In this document: positions 39,115 through 51,725 of the stretch, piece by piece
Layout: each line of letters starts with the position of its first letter
Numbering within the stretch: the first letter of the stretch is position 1
Source: Carcharhinus amblyrhynchos
Taxonomy: Eukaryota
Reading direction: 5' to 3'
Assembly (NCBI GenBank): GCA_965287045.1
Contig: OZ336875.1
Location: 72,540,001 to 72,604,000, forward strand
DNA: 64,000 bases
Translations under genes and position numbers: made by a program
Notes under the pieces: model-generated
The model's database searches: none
Seen by the model: only the letters and a program-made list of their open reading frames with translations
Told to the model about the DNA's origin: nothing

Positions 39115-39339
39115 CTATTCTTTTGCCACAGACGCTTTCAGACCTGCTAAGATTTCCGAACATTTCCTGTTTTTGTTTCAGATCCCAAAATCCGCACTAA
39201 TTTGCTTTTATTCTGTATTAAGAATATGTAGTGAGGTTGGGTTGAAACATTGAACTGACCACAGAAAGCACCTGGTTGTAACATTCTGGGGCACATTAAT
39301 ACTTAAATGTTATAAAGAGTTTGCTGTGATTCATCAAAA

Positions 39340-39762
39340 TGTCACAGGGATTTAAAGGGTTAAAGAACGAGGAAAAGATGCAAAAACCTGAATTATATTG
39401 AGAGTTTAGAAGATTGAGGGGTGATCTGATTGAAGTGTTCAATGTGTTAAAAGAACTCGATGGACTGGATATAGAGAATTAGGAGAGGAGCGGGCAGAAT
39501 CCAGAAATGAAGGACCATACACTTATCACTTAGAGCCTAACTTATGGAGGGAAATCAGGAAGCACTTCACACAAAGGGGAACAGGCATTTGGAACTCCCT
39601 CCTCCAAAAGACAATGGATTTTAAGTCAGTGGAGCTTTCAAGATTGCTCCATGTCTTCCCTAAAATAAATCAGAGTATGAGGTCGAGGTACGGACCAGCC
39701 ATGATCTAACTGAATGGCAAAACAGGCTCAAGCAGCTGAATGGCCTATTCGTGTTCCCTGTG
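39340..39762 (+). mobile_element. CR1 3' end
   Basis: gagtttagaagattgaggggtgatctgattgaagtg..gaatggcctattc. Confidence 0.7.
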
Positions 39763-40479
39763 TTGCTGAAGTACTATCCATCGTAGCCAAATCTGGACAT
39801 GTCAGCTTTCTGAAGGTGATGGGCCACTCAATTCTAATGAGTCTGATTTTAGGTTCAGAGAAAAATGGAACAAGATAACGGGAAAGCGAATTGACCAATC
39901 ACTGAGCATAAATTGCCAATCTCACTGAATAAAGTCTAAAATCATCATCAGTCACTGTCTCCCGCATTACTTTTTCATACATGCAAATTTTTTTTGCTTG
40001 TGATTCTATTGAGGCTTTTTCTCCTGAATCTTGTTTGGTACTTCTTCTGAAGGACTATTAACCACCACATATTCAGCTACAGAGGGCATTACAGCCAAAC
40101 CCAATCCTGTCCTCATCTGATATCCCCATGCTTGCCTCCTACAGTCCGGTCTGATATTCTTTTCCCCCAGCCAGGACTAAAATCCCAACTATTCTTCCAG
40201 AAGGCACCAGCTACTCAAACAAACACTGGTGGCTGGATGCAAGCTGTTATGTTGTGTACAGCTCAGTCGTGTGTTGTGCATCACCTTTTCCAGAATAGGC
40301 CGTTGAAAGACAACTCATTAAAATGTGCTTCCATTACCAGCAGGATTAGCATACAGTAATTTTACTACAGAATATCCCAGTCCTAAAAGTTACAGGCTGT
40401 AAACTGGACTTGTACACCCTTGTGTGTAATCTAATCAAGATGTTTAAAATAGTCAGGAGATTTGACGGAATAAAAAGGT

Positions 40480-40870
40480 AGACTTGTTATAATATAGCTT
40501 TTTTCACAATCACAAGGCATCTCAAAGCACTTTACAGCCAATGAAGCACTATTTGAAATGTAGGCACTGTCATAATGTAGGAAATGCAGCAACTAATATG
40601 CACACAACTCCCACAAACAGCAATGAGATAACGAGCTGATAGACTATTTCTTGTGAAGCAGATTGGCTAGGACACCAGAAATAATTTCCCTGCTCTTCTT
40701 TGAAATAGTGCCATGTGATCTTGTGCATCAACCCATGCAGCCAGATGGGTCTTGGTTTAACGTGTCAACTTAAAGCATGTCAACTTTGATTTTCGTACTC
40801 AAGCCCTGGAGTGGAACTCGAACCCAGAACTTCGTGATTCAGGGACAAGAGTGTCACTAATTGGCTGGCA
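40480..40870 (-). mobile_element. Deu-domain SINE (SacSINE1-like)
   Basis: Reverse: B box gggttcgagttccactcc, acgttaaaccaag, gatcacatggcactatttcaaagaagagcaggg, tail tgtaaagtgctttgag. Confidence 0.75.
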
Positions 40871-42869
40871 TGGCAGCAACCAGTTTCCTCTGATGGAGTC
40901 CAGAACAAGGGAGCACGACCTCAACATCGAATCCAGCCACAAGAAAGTGGTGGAAATCTCTGCACAGAAAGGCTGCTGAGCATGGGGCTTAGTTGAAAAT
41001 TTTAAAACTGAGATTGATGGAGTTTTGTTAGCTCAGGGAATTAAGGGTTACGGAACCAAGGAACATAGATAGTTTTTTTTTGCCGGAAACAGTGGATAAG
41101 TGAACGTCGATCAGGACCAAGACTGAGCCGAGCTGTAATGCTCTCTGCAGTCAAACAGCCCAGAGAACGCATGCAAAGAACAGCCCATTGACCAAGGTAG
41201 CAGTGGCCAAACAGCAGCTCTTGAAGCTGCAACCCAAGCAAGAGTCACTGCCTTCCAGGCAAGGAGGGCAAGAAAGCTGGGAAGCAGACCTTGTGGACAT
41301 GAAAAAGTTACTTTAGTGCACACTGCCAGACAACCAGCCATGAGTGTTAACACAGTGCCAACAAAATACTGGAAATGATCCTGTGATCAGGCTTTCGTCC
41401 AGACCTCCTCAAAATGCCCACCAAACAAAAACAATTTCCAAAGCCCAATTCACGGACTGGTAAACAGAGCATTGCTGTCTTGGTATACGAGATGTCAGGA
41501 ATTAACTCCTGTACGGGTGCCTTGTTGACCAGCATAGAGTCAGATGATCGCCTCCGCTGTTTTTATTTTTGGATGCCAAGCCACAACTGGGGCTAACTGT
41601 TTAATGCCGCCTGAAGGTGAAGGAAAACTGATGATTATTTTTAATGTGGGATTTAGCATGATGCTTTTTTTTTGCACAACCAAACTGCGGTGGTTTTCCA
41701 AGGTTGCATTGATAAATGAGCCATGTGGGTTTTTATTTGTTCTTGTCCTCTGACATATGAATGAGCTACTGTACATGCATTTCCCGCACTGCGCAGATCA
41801 GAGAATCACACAGAACTTTCAAAACAGAATCAACCAGTTTATGTTGTCATTCATTCCCCACACAAACCTCCTTCCAGCCCTCATCATCTAACCCCATCAG
41901 CATAACCTCCTGTATCTTTTTGTTTGTCTTTAAATGCATCAATACTAATGCCTCAGTCACTCTATTTGATTGCAAGCTAACATTCTAACCACTTGCCCAG
42001 TAAAGACATTTTCTTGAATCAACAACTGAATTTATTAATGACTACATTTAGAGTTCTGGACCCTTCCATACTACAAGTGAAAACACCTTTTCTATGTCTA
42101 CCTTATCAAATCCCTTCACATTATTAAAGAGACAAAAGAATCTTAGAAATTGAAATATTATTTTGAAACTAATGCCCCTAGAGGATCTGATCAACTGAAA
42201 TTCAGTCTTCATAAGCAACACTGTTCACAAAATGTCTCTCGAGCTCCTTTTATCGTGATTTATTGTGAAGGCTCGACAGCAGGTGTTTTGTTGTGCAGAA
42301 GCGACAGAGGCCTGGTTGCTAAACCACTTAAGACTGTTCTGGGTAATGTATCACAGTGATAATGGCTTCATATTCCAGCACAGAACACTCATTTGTACAA
42401 AGCGAATGAGTGCCACGTACTTCATTAAGGGGAGGGGATGGCAGGAGAGCTGGGGGGGGAGCTGCAATGTCACCTGTTACACAATAAAAACTGCCACAAA
42501 TGATTTAATCCACCTCATCATTTATCGAGCAGCAAAAAATGCTTGGGCCTATTGCATCTGTGGACAATGACTCCACACATCCATGCTCTGTTTTCTTGGG
42601 ATTTTGCACACAGAGAGGGGTGAGGTGGGGGTGGGGGGAGCTTGAAGTGCTATAAATAGGCTAGGCAGTGGGAGCTAAACAAAGAGAATGCTGTCTGGCT
42701 CAAAAGGCGTCAGGAAAGTGATCTTTTCATTGAGACGCAAGGCGAGCCTAAACTACCAATTGCACACAAAAATCAAACCAACCATCAGTAGGAATGGACC
42801 AGCTGCTGAGGCTGCAAAATGACATAATAATTTAGCTTCTATATTACTAAAAAGAGTGACATGTTGCCA

Positions 42870-43205
42870 AAGCTTGCACAAACTCACATGGGCCAAAACC
42901 GTCACTTCTGGACCTGCAAAGCGCCTGGCCTATCTCAAATAGCCCTGAGAAAGCAAAATAGCTCAAAGGTTTGAATAACAGGGTAAACAATCCATTTGAC
43001 TCTGCTACTAAGCAGTGCTAAACGAGTGGTATTTTCCACTAACAGCATACTGCTGTCAGTCCAAAAAGACATTCTGCTTACATAGAATTGAACAACGTCA
43101 TGTATGAATTTCAGTGCCGGTGCAATGCCAGCTGTGTCAGCTGTACATCCCAAAGATTGGCAAAGCAAAGCAAACAGCATGGTTCTTCCAGTTGTTTGTA
43201 ATAAA
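42870..43205 (+). mobile_element. Penelope GIY-YIG fragment
   Basis: NVMYEFQCRCNASCVSCTSQRLA..KQH; its upstream part is homologous to 25520-25690. Confidence 0.7.
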
Positions 43206-43209
43206 CAGT

Positions 43210-43475
43210 TTTAAAAGTTTACTTATTTATTAGTCACTGCAATGAAGTTACTGTGAGAATCCCCTAGTTGCCACACTCTGACACCTGCTCGGATACACTG
43301 AGTGAGAATGTAGCATGCCAATGCACCTAACTAGCACGTCTTTCGCACTGTGGGAGGAAACTCACACAGGCATGGGGAGAATGTGCAACTCCACACAGAC
43401 AGTGACCAAGCCGGAAATCGAACCCGAATCCCTGGTGCTGTGAGGCAGCAGTGCTAACCACTGTGTGATCATGCA
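43210..43475 (-). mobile_element. V-SINE with an alternative tail
   Basis: Reverse head cagtggttagcactgctgcctcacagc..gggttcgatttcc, V-domain, tail taggggattctcacagtaacttcattgcag. Confidence 0.85.
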
Positions 43476-44082
43476 GAGACCAGTTCTCTACAAACAGAGA
43501 TATATTCTAGTCTTGCTCCTTTTTTCAAATTGCCCTGAAGCTTGAGGAGTCTGTAATTCCCCATTGTTTTTTCCATGACAAAGCCTCAGTCAGAGTCAAC
43601 AACCAAATCAGCACCTTTTTCTTCTGTAGTCTAAAAATTATTGTAATTTTTGAAATTTGGCATTCTTTCATTTGTCCTGATGAATGCAAGTTGAAAAGCT
43701 TCAACTCTATGTCTCTCTTCTCAACAATATTCAAGTGTTTCTATAGTGTTGCTCACAAGCAGAGGTTTAGGCTACCTGCAGTAAACAGAGTTACACTTTC
43801 CCTTCTCCTTCCTTTTCAGACACCGGTCTGCATTTTAACCAGCAATCACCAACACATGATAGACAAGAAAGGGTGAGCTAAAGGGTTAAGTTCTTGAAAA
43901 TTAAAATCTTGCACTGGGGAGATCCACAATGTCTGTCTAGAGGAACTCCCTGGTTTCCCACAAGGGGGGGGGGAACTCCCTGGCTGCCCCACAGTGGGGG
44001 GGGGGTCCCGTAATGTCTGTTGGAGTGAGACCTCCGTCAATTAGCCAAGTTGGGACTGAACAAGTTTTATTTATAGGAGATT

Positions 44083-44283
44083 AAAAAAATAGAAAATACT
44101 GGAAAAACTCAACAGATCTAACAGCATTTGTGGAGAGAGAGAGAAAAAGAGTTAATACTTTGAGTCTGTATGACTCTTCTTATGGACTGGATACGTTAAC
44201 TCTGCTTCTGTCTCCACTGATGCTGCAGACCTGTTCTTTTTTTCTGATTCCTGATTTCCAGCATCCAGTCTTTTGGTTTTGTT
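44083..44283. mobile_element. Palindromic Penelope-derived repeat
   Basis: Inverted arms cagcatttgtggagag..gagttaa / ttaactctg..ctccactgatgctg; same family as 39074 and 54372. Confidence 0.7.
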
Positions 44284-45229
44284 CATTTGGGGGCTGCCCA
44301 ATAGCAAGTTCACATCGTCATCTTGCCTCTCACACACCGCACCTCGCCTTCCATCTTGTAAAAACTGTGGCCAATGTTTCTATTTTTCATCCCCGAGAGT
44401 CTTGTTGAGGATGGGTCTATTGAGTAGCAGCCTGACCAATCACTTTGAGCGATCAGAATGGACCAATAAAACAATTCAGCCTCATAAGAGGGCAGCCCAG
44501 TCTCATTTCACCACAACATTACCCACCAACCAGTCCCCTATCCCCATCAGCCCTCTAGTTCAGAAACTATGACATCAATCTTGTGATGCTGACTGAAATC
44601 AGCTAATTCAGTGTGGCAAAAAAGTGATCAAACCTGGAACTCTCTGGTCCATATGACTAAGCTACACAAAGCAATTAACAACTGAGCATTTTTGTTAGGC
44701 AAGGGTATTAAGAGAAATGGAGTGAAGGCCAGTAAATGGACAGGTCAGGTATGATTTAAATGAATGGTGAAACAGGCTTGAGCGGTTGCACAGCATCCTC
44801 CTGTTCCTATGAGCCATCACAGAAAGGAAAATAAATTCTGTGCTCTGAACAGTTATTACCCATTGCTTAAAGCAAACGCATTGGTTTATAAACCAAAACC
44901 AATACTTTCTATAACCATCACAACTCAGTAATGTTTACCTCTTGAACGTACCAGCAATGAGCTGATAGCAAAGAAGCAGGAATACAAACATCTGTTGTAA
45001 AAATCATTAAAAGGCAGGCAGGAAATCGGAACTCTGGAATCTTAAATGTCAGGAAATTAAGCACGATGTTCCAATTGGTGTCATTGTATGAAATTTGGAG
45101 CATTCTTACAGGCACGTTCGAGTTATTAGCTTTTCGGATTCCTCTGTGGCCATATCACTGGTTCTGAAAGGGCCAATGGAGACCATTAAGAGAACAGTAA
45201 ATTTTCATGCAATGCTTCACTTTATGGAG

Positions 45230-46540
45230 TAGGGACAGTAGTTTCACACATTAGGCCTTCGAGAGAAGAAAGATCAATAGCTTTTGCTTCACGTACTCTG
45301 ACTGGTGCTGAATCTAACTATGCTCAGCTGGAAAAAGAAGCACTGGGTATAATTTTTGGTATACAAAGGTTTCATCATTATTTATATGGTCGTCATTTCA
45401 CATTATTGACTAATTATCGACCCTTAACTACTGTTTTTAGGCCATATAAAGGCATATCATCGTTAGTTGATTGCAAAGATAGTCACTGATCTTATCTGCA
45501 TATTCTTACAATATAAAGTACTATCAGAGTGCCACACTAATGCTGATGCATTATCATGCTTACCTGTAAAATCCATTCATTCCTCAGAATAGACAAAGAC
45601 AGCACTGGTACACTGAATTTCTTTTATTTAGCATAATTTAAAATTAACACATTATAGAAAGCAAAAAAACTGGGAGAGAGAAAGAGATATATTGACAAAA
45701 ACATTAGCATGGCACCCTGATTGACAATACTTTACACTGAGTACTACCAACTAGTTTTACTAAGAATCTTTATTTTTCATCAACAGCTCAGAGACATACC
45801 AGAAATGATGGGAAGGCGATGGACATGGTATTGAAAAGAACTAGAGCTGGAATGCATCATCCACATTCTGATTTGAAACCATGTGTCAAGAAAGATGAAG
45901 TTGAATGTCTAAGGTGGGTAATCAGAGTGAACATTCCTCCTAGTCTACATGAAAGAGTTCTTGAACAAGTACATGAAAGGTGTTCTGGAACAAGCCAGAA
46001 GACAGAATTAGCATGTGATTATTTTTGGTGGTCGGATCTGGATGCTCAGATTGAAAAAAAGTGGAATAGTGTCAATCCTGTGCATGAAGAAAAAATACTC
46101 CACTTTTTTCTCCTTTAAATCTTTGGGATTGGCCTAAAATGCCAAGGCAACAATTACATGTAGGTGTTGCCGGTCTGTTTAGCAGTTACATGTTCTTATT
46201 CATAACTGATGTACACTCCAAAGTGGCCAGAAATTATGAGATCTACAACATCTAAACAAACCATTTAAAAACTTGCCAAAACTTGTGCAAGGTTTGGTAA
46301 ACTGGAACAGATTGTTTGTGATAATGGTTCACAGTTTATTTCACAAGAGTTTGAGGATTAACTCAAAGTAAATGTTATTCAGCATATAAAATCCACACCA
46401 TATCATCCATCAACCAAATGATTAGCTAAAAGATTTGTACAATCCTTGAAATATTCTTTTAATGCTTCAAAAGAGCAATGTTCTCTATCACGTCAGGTGA
46501 ATACCTTTTTAGCATCTTATAGAAATACTTCTCATGCAAT
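45230..46540 (+). mobile_element. Gypsy pol remnant (RNase H plus integrase)
   Basis: IAFASRTLTGAESNYAQLEKEALGIIFGIQRFHHYLYGRHFTL; IPPSLHERVLEQVHE..YFWW; IVCDNGSQFISQEFE..TPYHPS. Confidence 0.9.
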
Positions 46541-48552
46541 CCTGCAGCCCAGAAATGTTGGTCCTACTGGTAGGTGATATAATCAGCTGCCTAGGCATTT
46601 AGGGCATCTGTCACTTCACACATATGCCTATGCACAGCGGTTTGAGAAATTCTGCTCCAGTCCTAGGACAAGCCATGGAATGATTGAGATGCAGAAAAAT
46701 TCAAGGCAGCCATGACCTTCATGGCCACAGGGACCAGAAGTCCTCCTCCTCCTCTAGGTGCCAGGTGAGCCAAAACCTGGCACAGGTGCTGCACCATCTC
46801 CCTATTAAGGTGCAATGTTCAGCAGCACATATTGTCCAATAGTTCACTGAATGACCAGGGCCTCCTGCACAGCTATGGCCTACAGAAGAGGGTCTTCATT
46901 CCTCCTCCACTGCCTGATGGGAGGCCAGCACCTGGGCCTCGGGCAGCCCCCTAATGTTCAGGGTCCGGTTCCCATGGGGCTGGATCAGGCATGAAATGGC
47001 CCTAGCACTTTTTGCCAATGCTTATCTGCTGTCGCAGCACTCAATACCATGAAGGTTAGTTGGCATTGATGCACAGCAAAATTCATTTTTACTCTGTGGG
47101 GAGGATAGAGAAGGAGAGGGTGAGAGAGAGAGACAGACAGTAGATAGATAGATAGATAGAGAGAAAGAAACAATCAGCGTCGCTGAACATCCTGTTGCCC
47201 TCGAGTCCTCCCTAATCCCTGAGTCTTATCTTGTTTGAAGACCATCAAATCCTCTCCATTGCAGCTAACCAATCAGCCTGCTCCCTCAGACCCCTAGGCC
47301 TCTAGGTCAGGTGATCCTCATCTTCACTGGGTGTCATGAAACTCCAAACTGCAGTGTGGCCACACAAGGAGCAAGCAATTTTTCCCACGTGCTTGGCTGA
47401 TATGCACCCCTCCCCCAAGGAATCCAGGGCCTTCCAGCACTCTCACCTTACTTGATAACCCTCTTCCGCTCGGTAACGTGGCAACTGTTCCTTCGTACTG
47501 GAACCTGTAGATATCACTAACACTCCCACCCATATGAAGAGCCCATGTCCACAGCAGCAAGGTGCCCATGATGGAGTCCACTGAGCTTCTCCTGCGTTTC
47601 ACTGGGAGCAGAGTAGAGGGTGCTTCATGGCGGGATCCTGGCGCATTCCTGTATGGGCTGTGTCAGGAACTTGTGTGCTGGGGGAGTGAAGCCACTGCTT
47701 AGGAGTTATGGACTGTTATTCAGCACCTCATACCTCGGTGGAGCTCAGCAAGGAATTCCTCTGTTCTGCTAATCAGCCCACATGACATAATCAGCTGATA
47801 CTAGTTGATGTGCTTGTTCACTTAATTCTCCTTTTGAGTCCACTCCTCAACCAGGTCTGCACCTGTAACTGAGAGACACTATACATGGGCCACGACCAGT
47901 CTTGAAAGGGCAAGATATCAAATGCATCTGATGACCCAAGTGAGCAGGAATAATTCCTGGCGGTGTGTCAGAGTCATTGACTGAACATGGGCAAGCCCGG
48001 TGTGCCCAGGGATTCTTTTGAAAGTAACGCAGACTCACAGATGGGCATGACATCATTATCAAGGAAGGAGACATCACAAGTGAGACATGCAACCGACACC
48101 AAGCTACACAATGAAAGGTCAGCTATCTGAGAGTCACATTTTAGTGATTTCTCTGCACATACCCTCCACAGCACGAGGACCTACAGCCAACCTACACCCA
48201 TGTCCCAGAAGGGGGTGGGAGGACCCCTGAGGTCATCCCCGAGTGACCAGCACAGACATTGCTACCCACAGGTGCTTTGCAATACCCCTGTATACTCCAG
48301 TGTTTAACTTCAAATGATGTCTTAGCCTTTTGCTCCCCCTCAGTGCTCAGTTTGCCAGACTCCTGCTATTCAGGACCTATACCAATTCACGCCGTGTGAC
48401 TTCTGTCTGGAGGAGCAGGAGCATCTCAAGCAGCTACTGAATCGGCATCCTAGCCTGCTATCGAGGTGTTCAGGAAGCCATTTCAACATTAATTGGATTT
48501 TTTGGCCCACTGCAATGCTCGCTAAGAGCTAGCGGACCTTGAGAATTCCCCC
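46541..48552 (-). mobile_element. Probable Harbinger-related non-autonomous element inserted in the Gypsy integrase
   Basis: GC-richer block; Gypsy reading appears to break at YRNTSHA and resume near 48555; end gagaattccccc; a Myb/SANT-like FSDAD remnant near 47180. Confidence 0.4.
47122..47170. repeat. (GA)n/(GATA)n microsatellite
   Basis: Directly visible. Confidence 0.9.
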
Positions 48553-49088
48553 ACCACAAGTGTCATCATGTGATTATGCCACAAATGAGGAATGAGTACC
48601 AACCATAATTTTAATGAAAATAGCTCCAATTTCTTACACGGTTCAAACCAATTGTTATCATTTTGAAATTATTTCTCAAGAGTCATCACCAAAAGTACCA
48701 ACTTCTTTAGTCCCTAGTATTGTGAATGCTACTCCTACTATTTACTTGAATCTGAATTGTCTGATGATGGTGTCTCTGCTACTACACTGAGTGAGAATTG
48801 TGCAGAATTAGTTCCAAGAGAAGAAATGTCTACTGAAGTTCCAAATCAAATTTCTAGAGTCAAGGACAGCCAAATTGTGCACTGTGGAAGTTTAGTGTCA
48901 CCAGACCACCTTGCCAATTGGGGTTGCTGACTCCGAGAGGTGGCCCCAGGTGCCCAGCAGTAATGCCTGGTAAATGCAGCAGTGATCACAACACAAGCAG
49001 TATTGTGGTATTCAGTCCCTGCTTTCCACTTTCACTAGGCAGTAAATATCAGGCCAATAATTTTGTTTTTCCTTTTTTCTCCTGGCAT

Positions 49089-51180
49089 TGAACAAAGGAC
49101 AACACAGCCCAGGAAACAGGCCCTTCGGCCCAATAAGCCCGCACTGCCATTTTAACATCGAGTCCCCTCTCCACCCATGACCCTTGTCTATAATTATGGC
49201 ATTCCACATTGAGGGAAGACTAATTTAGGGACACTTAGTTACACCAGTCAGCCTAATAGCACATCTTTGGGGTGTGGGAGGAAACCAGAGCACCCGGAGA
49301 AAACCCATGCAAGCATGGGGAGAATGCGCAAACTCCCGCAGACACTGGCCCAAATCCATGTATCTGCACAGCAAACAGTGATAGTCACTGAGCTGTCGTG
49401 TTGCCCAGCATCTGGTCCAGTTTAAGCGTACACTAACGACGTGAAGTACTAGGCTATTCTCGGAACAACCAAGAGCAGCCCTCGTATGACCCATCGCATG
49501 TATGCCCCTTGTTGGACAACAAGGCGGACTAAAAACCTGTGGATTAAAAGAGAAAAACATCAGTATCATCCACATTCTTATACACACATTCTAGGGAATC
49601 CCCAAGTGAAACAAGTGAGCCAGAAAATATGTTGGAAGGTCCATAGGAATCAACTGATTCCTAGGGACATCCCAAGGCTCCTGAACCTTATTTAAAACAG
49701 TCTCCTATATCCCTCCATCTCCATCCCACTCATGTGCCTGTTTAAGTAACTCTTAAACAACTCCAGCGTGCCTGTCTCCACCACCTTGCTTGGCAGAGCA
49801 TTCCATACCCCCACTACTCTTTGTGTGAAAAACCTACCTCTAACATCCAAATTATACCTCCCCCCGCCCCTCACCATGTGCGTTTCCAACGTAGGAAAAA
49901 GTTTACCACTGTTTACTCTATCTATACCCTTCATAATCTTATATACCTCTATTAGATCTCCCCTCAGTCACCGTCTTTCAAGGGAAAACAGCCCCAATTT
50001 GTTCAATCTTTCCTCATAACCCAGTCCTTCCATACCAAGCAGCATCCTGGTAAACCTCCTCTGCACTCTCTCCAGGGTCTCCACGTCTTTCCGGTAGTAA
50101 GGCGACCAGAACTGGACGCAATACTCCAAATGCAGCCTAACCAACGTTCTATACAACTGCAACATTAGACTCCAGCTCTTATACTCTATACCCCTTCCTA
50201 TAAAGGCTAACATACCATAAGCTTTCTTCACAACCTTCTCCACTTGTACTGCCACCTTCAAAGACTTGTGCACTTGCACCCCCAGGTCCCTCTGCATTTC
50301 TATACTCTTTATAGGTCTACCCTTTATCATATAACTACCCCCTACATTATTTCGGCCAAAGTGCATGACCTCACATTTATCAGGGTTAAACTCCATTTGC
50401 CATTTATCTGCCCAATATATCAACCTATCTATATCCCGTTGTATTGCCTGACACAGCTCCTCACTGTCCGCCAACCCAGCCATCTTAGTGTCATCTGCAA
50501 ATTTGCTGATCACACCACTTACTCCCTCTTCAAACGCCTTACTGAAATCCATATAGACGACATCAACGGCTCGTCCTTTGTCGACCGTTTCTGTCACCTC
50601 CTCAAAAAATTCTACCAGATTTGTAAGGCAAGACTTCCCCTTCACAAAGCCATGCTGTGTATCCCTAATCAGATCGCAATGTTCTAAATGCTCATACATC
50701 CTATCCCTAAGAATCCTCTCCATCAACTTGCCTACCACTGACGTCAAATTCACCGGCCTATAGTTACCAGGGTTATCCCTCCTACCCTTTATAAACAACG
50801 GTACCACGTTTGCTATCCTCCAGTCCTCTGGGACCTCACCTGTGTCCAACGAAGAGACAAAGATTTGTGTCAGAGGCCCAGCAATTTCATCTCTCGCCTC
50901 CCTAAGCAGCCTAGGATAAATACCATCAGGCCCCGGAGATTTATCAGTTTTAATGCTACCTAAAAGCCCTAACACTTCCTCCCTCGTAATGGATTGTTCC
51001 TTCAACTGGCCTACAGCTCCCTCCAAGACAGTACCAGACATCAAGCCCCTCTCCTTCGTGAATACTGATGCAAAGTATTCATTCAGGATCTCCCCCATTC
51101 CCTCGGACTCTAAGCACAGTTCCCCTCCTCTGTCCCTGAGGTCCGATTTTCCCTCTAACCACCCTTCTCCCCAACTTCCT
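49089..51180 (-). mobile_element. CR1 copy A with composite 3' end; in-frame RT deletion of about 210 bp
   Basis: ORF 49968-51191 joins DFSKAF directly to EEGVSG; about 600 nt after the stop shared with copy B. Confidence 0.92.
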
Positions 51181-51224
51181 GAACGGCACAAAATTCAACT
51201 GAAATAATGCCTCATTTTTAAAAA

Positions 51225-51725
51225 ATTCATTTTCCAGGATGCGGGCATCACTAGCTTTATTGCTCATCAGACGGTGATGGTGAGCTGCATTCTTGAACCA
51301 CTGCAGTCCCTGAGGTGTAGGTACACCCACAGTGCTGTTTGGATGGATATTCCAGCATCTTGACCCAATGACAGAGAAGGAATGGCGTTCCGATGCCTAG
51401 GTCAATGCCATGTGATCAATTCGGTTTCACTTCTTTGCGTTATCTTCATAACAACTGAATACAACTGGGTGGCTTGCTAGACCATTTAAGAGTCAACCAC
51501 ACTGACTGGTGTCACATGTAGGCCAGACCAGGTAAGGGTGGCGAGTTTCCTTCCTCGTGATAATGGTTTCATGGTCATCAGATTTTTAATTCCAGATGTT
51601 TTATTGAGTTTAAATTCCACCACCTGCCATGGTAGGATTTGAGCCTGGGTCCTTAGACACATAGCGTTACCCTGGGTCTCTGGATTACTAATCTAATGAT
51701 AATACCACAGCATCATCACCTCCCC
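51225..51725 (-). mobile_element. Internally deleted derivative of the tRNA-headed LINE
   Basis: Head and body (51725-51445), short ORF-leader piece, then about 165 nt of the LINE 3' end. Confidence 0.8.

Noticed and set aside
43943-44008. Short tandem repeats as a CRISPR-like array (also 2896-2952, 35630-35870)
   Set aside because: Eukaryotic context; two adjacent or degenerate units without unique spacers.
49968-51191. 407-aa ORF as a functional RT or domesticated gene
   Set aside because: An in-frame deletion removes the PQGSVLGP RT motif, and the N-terminus runs into flanking DNA.
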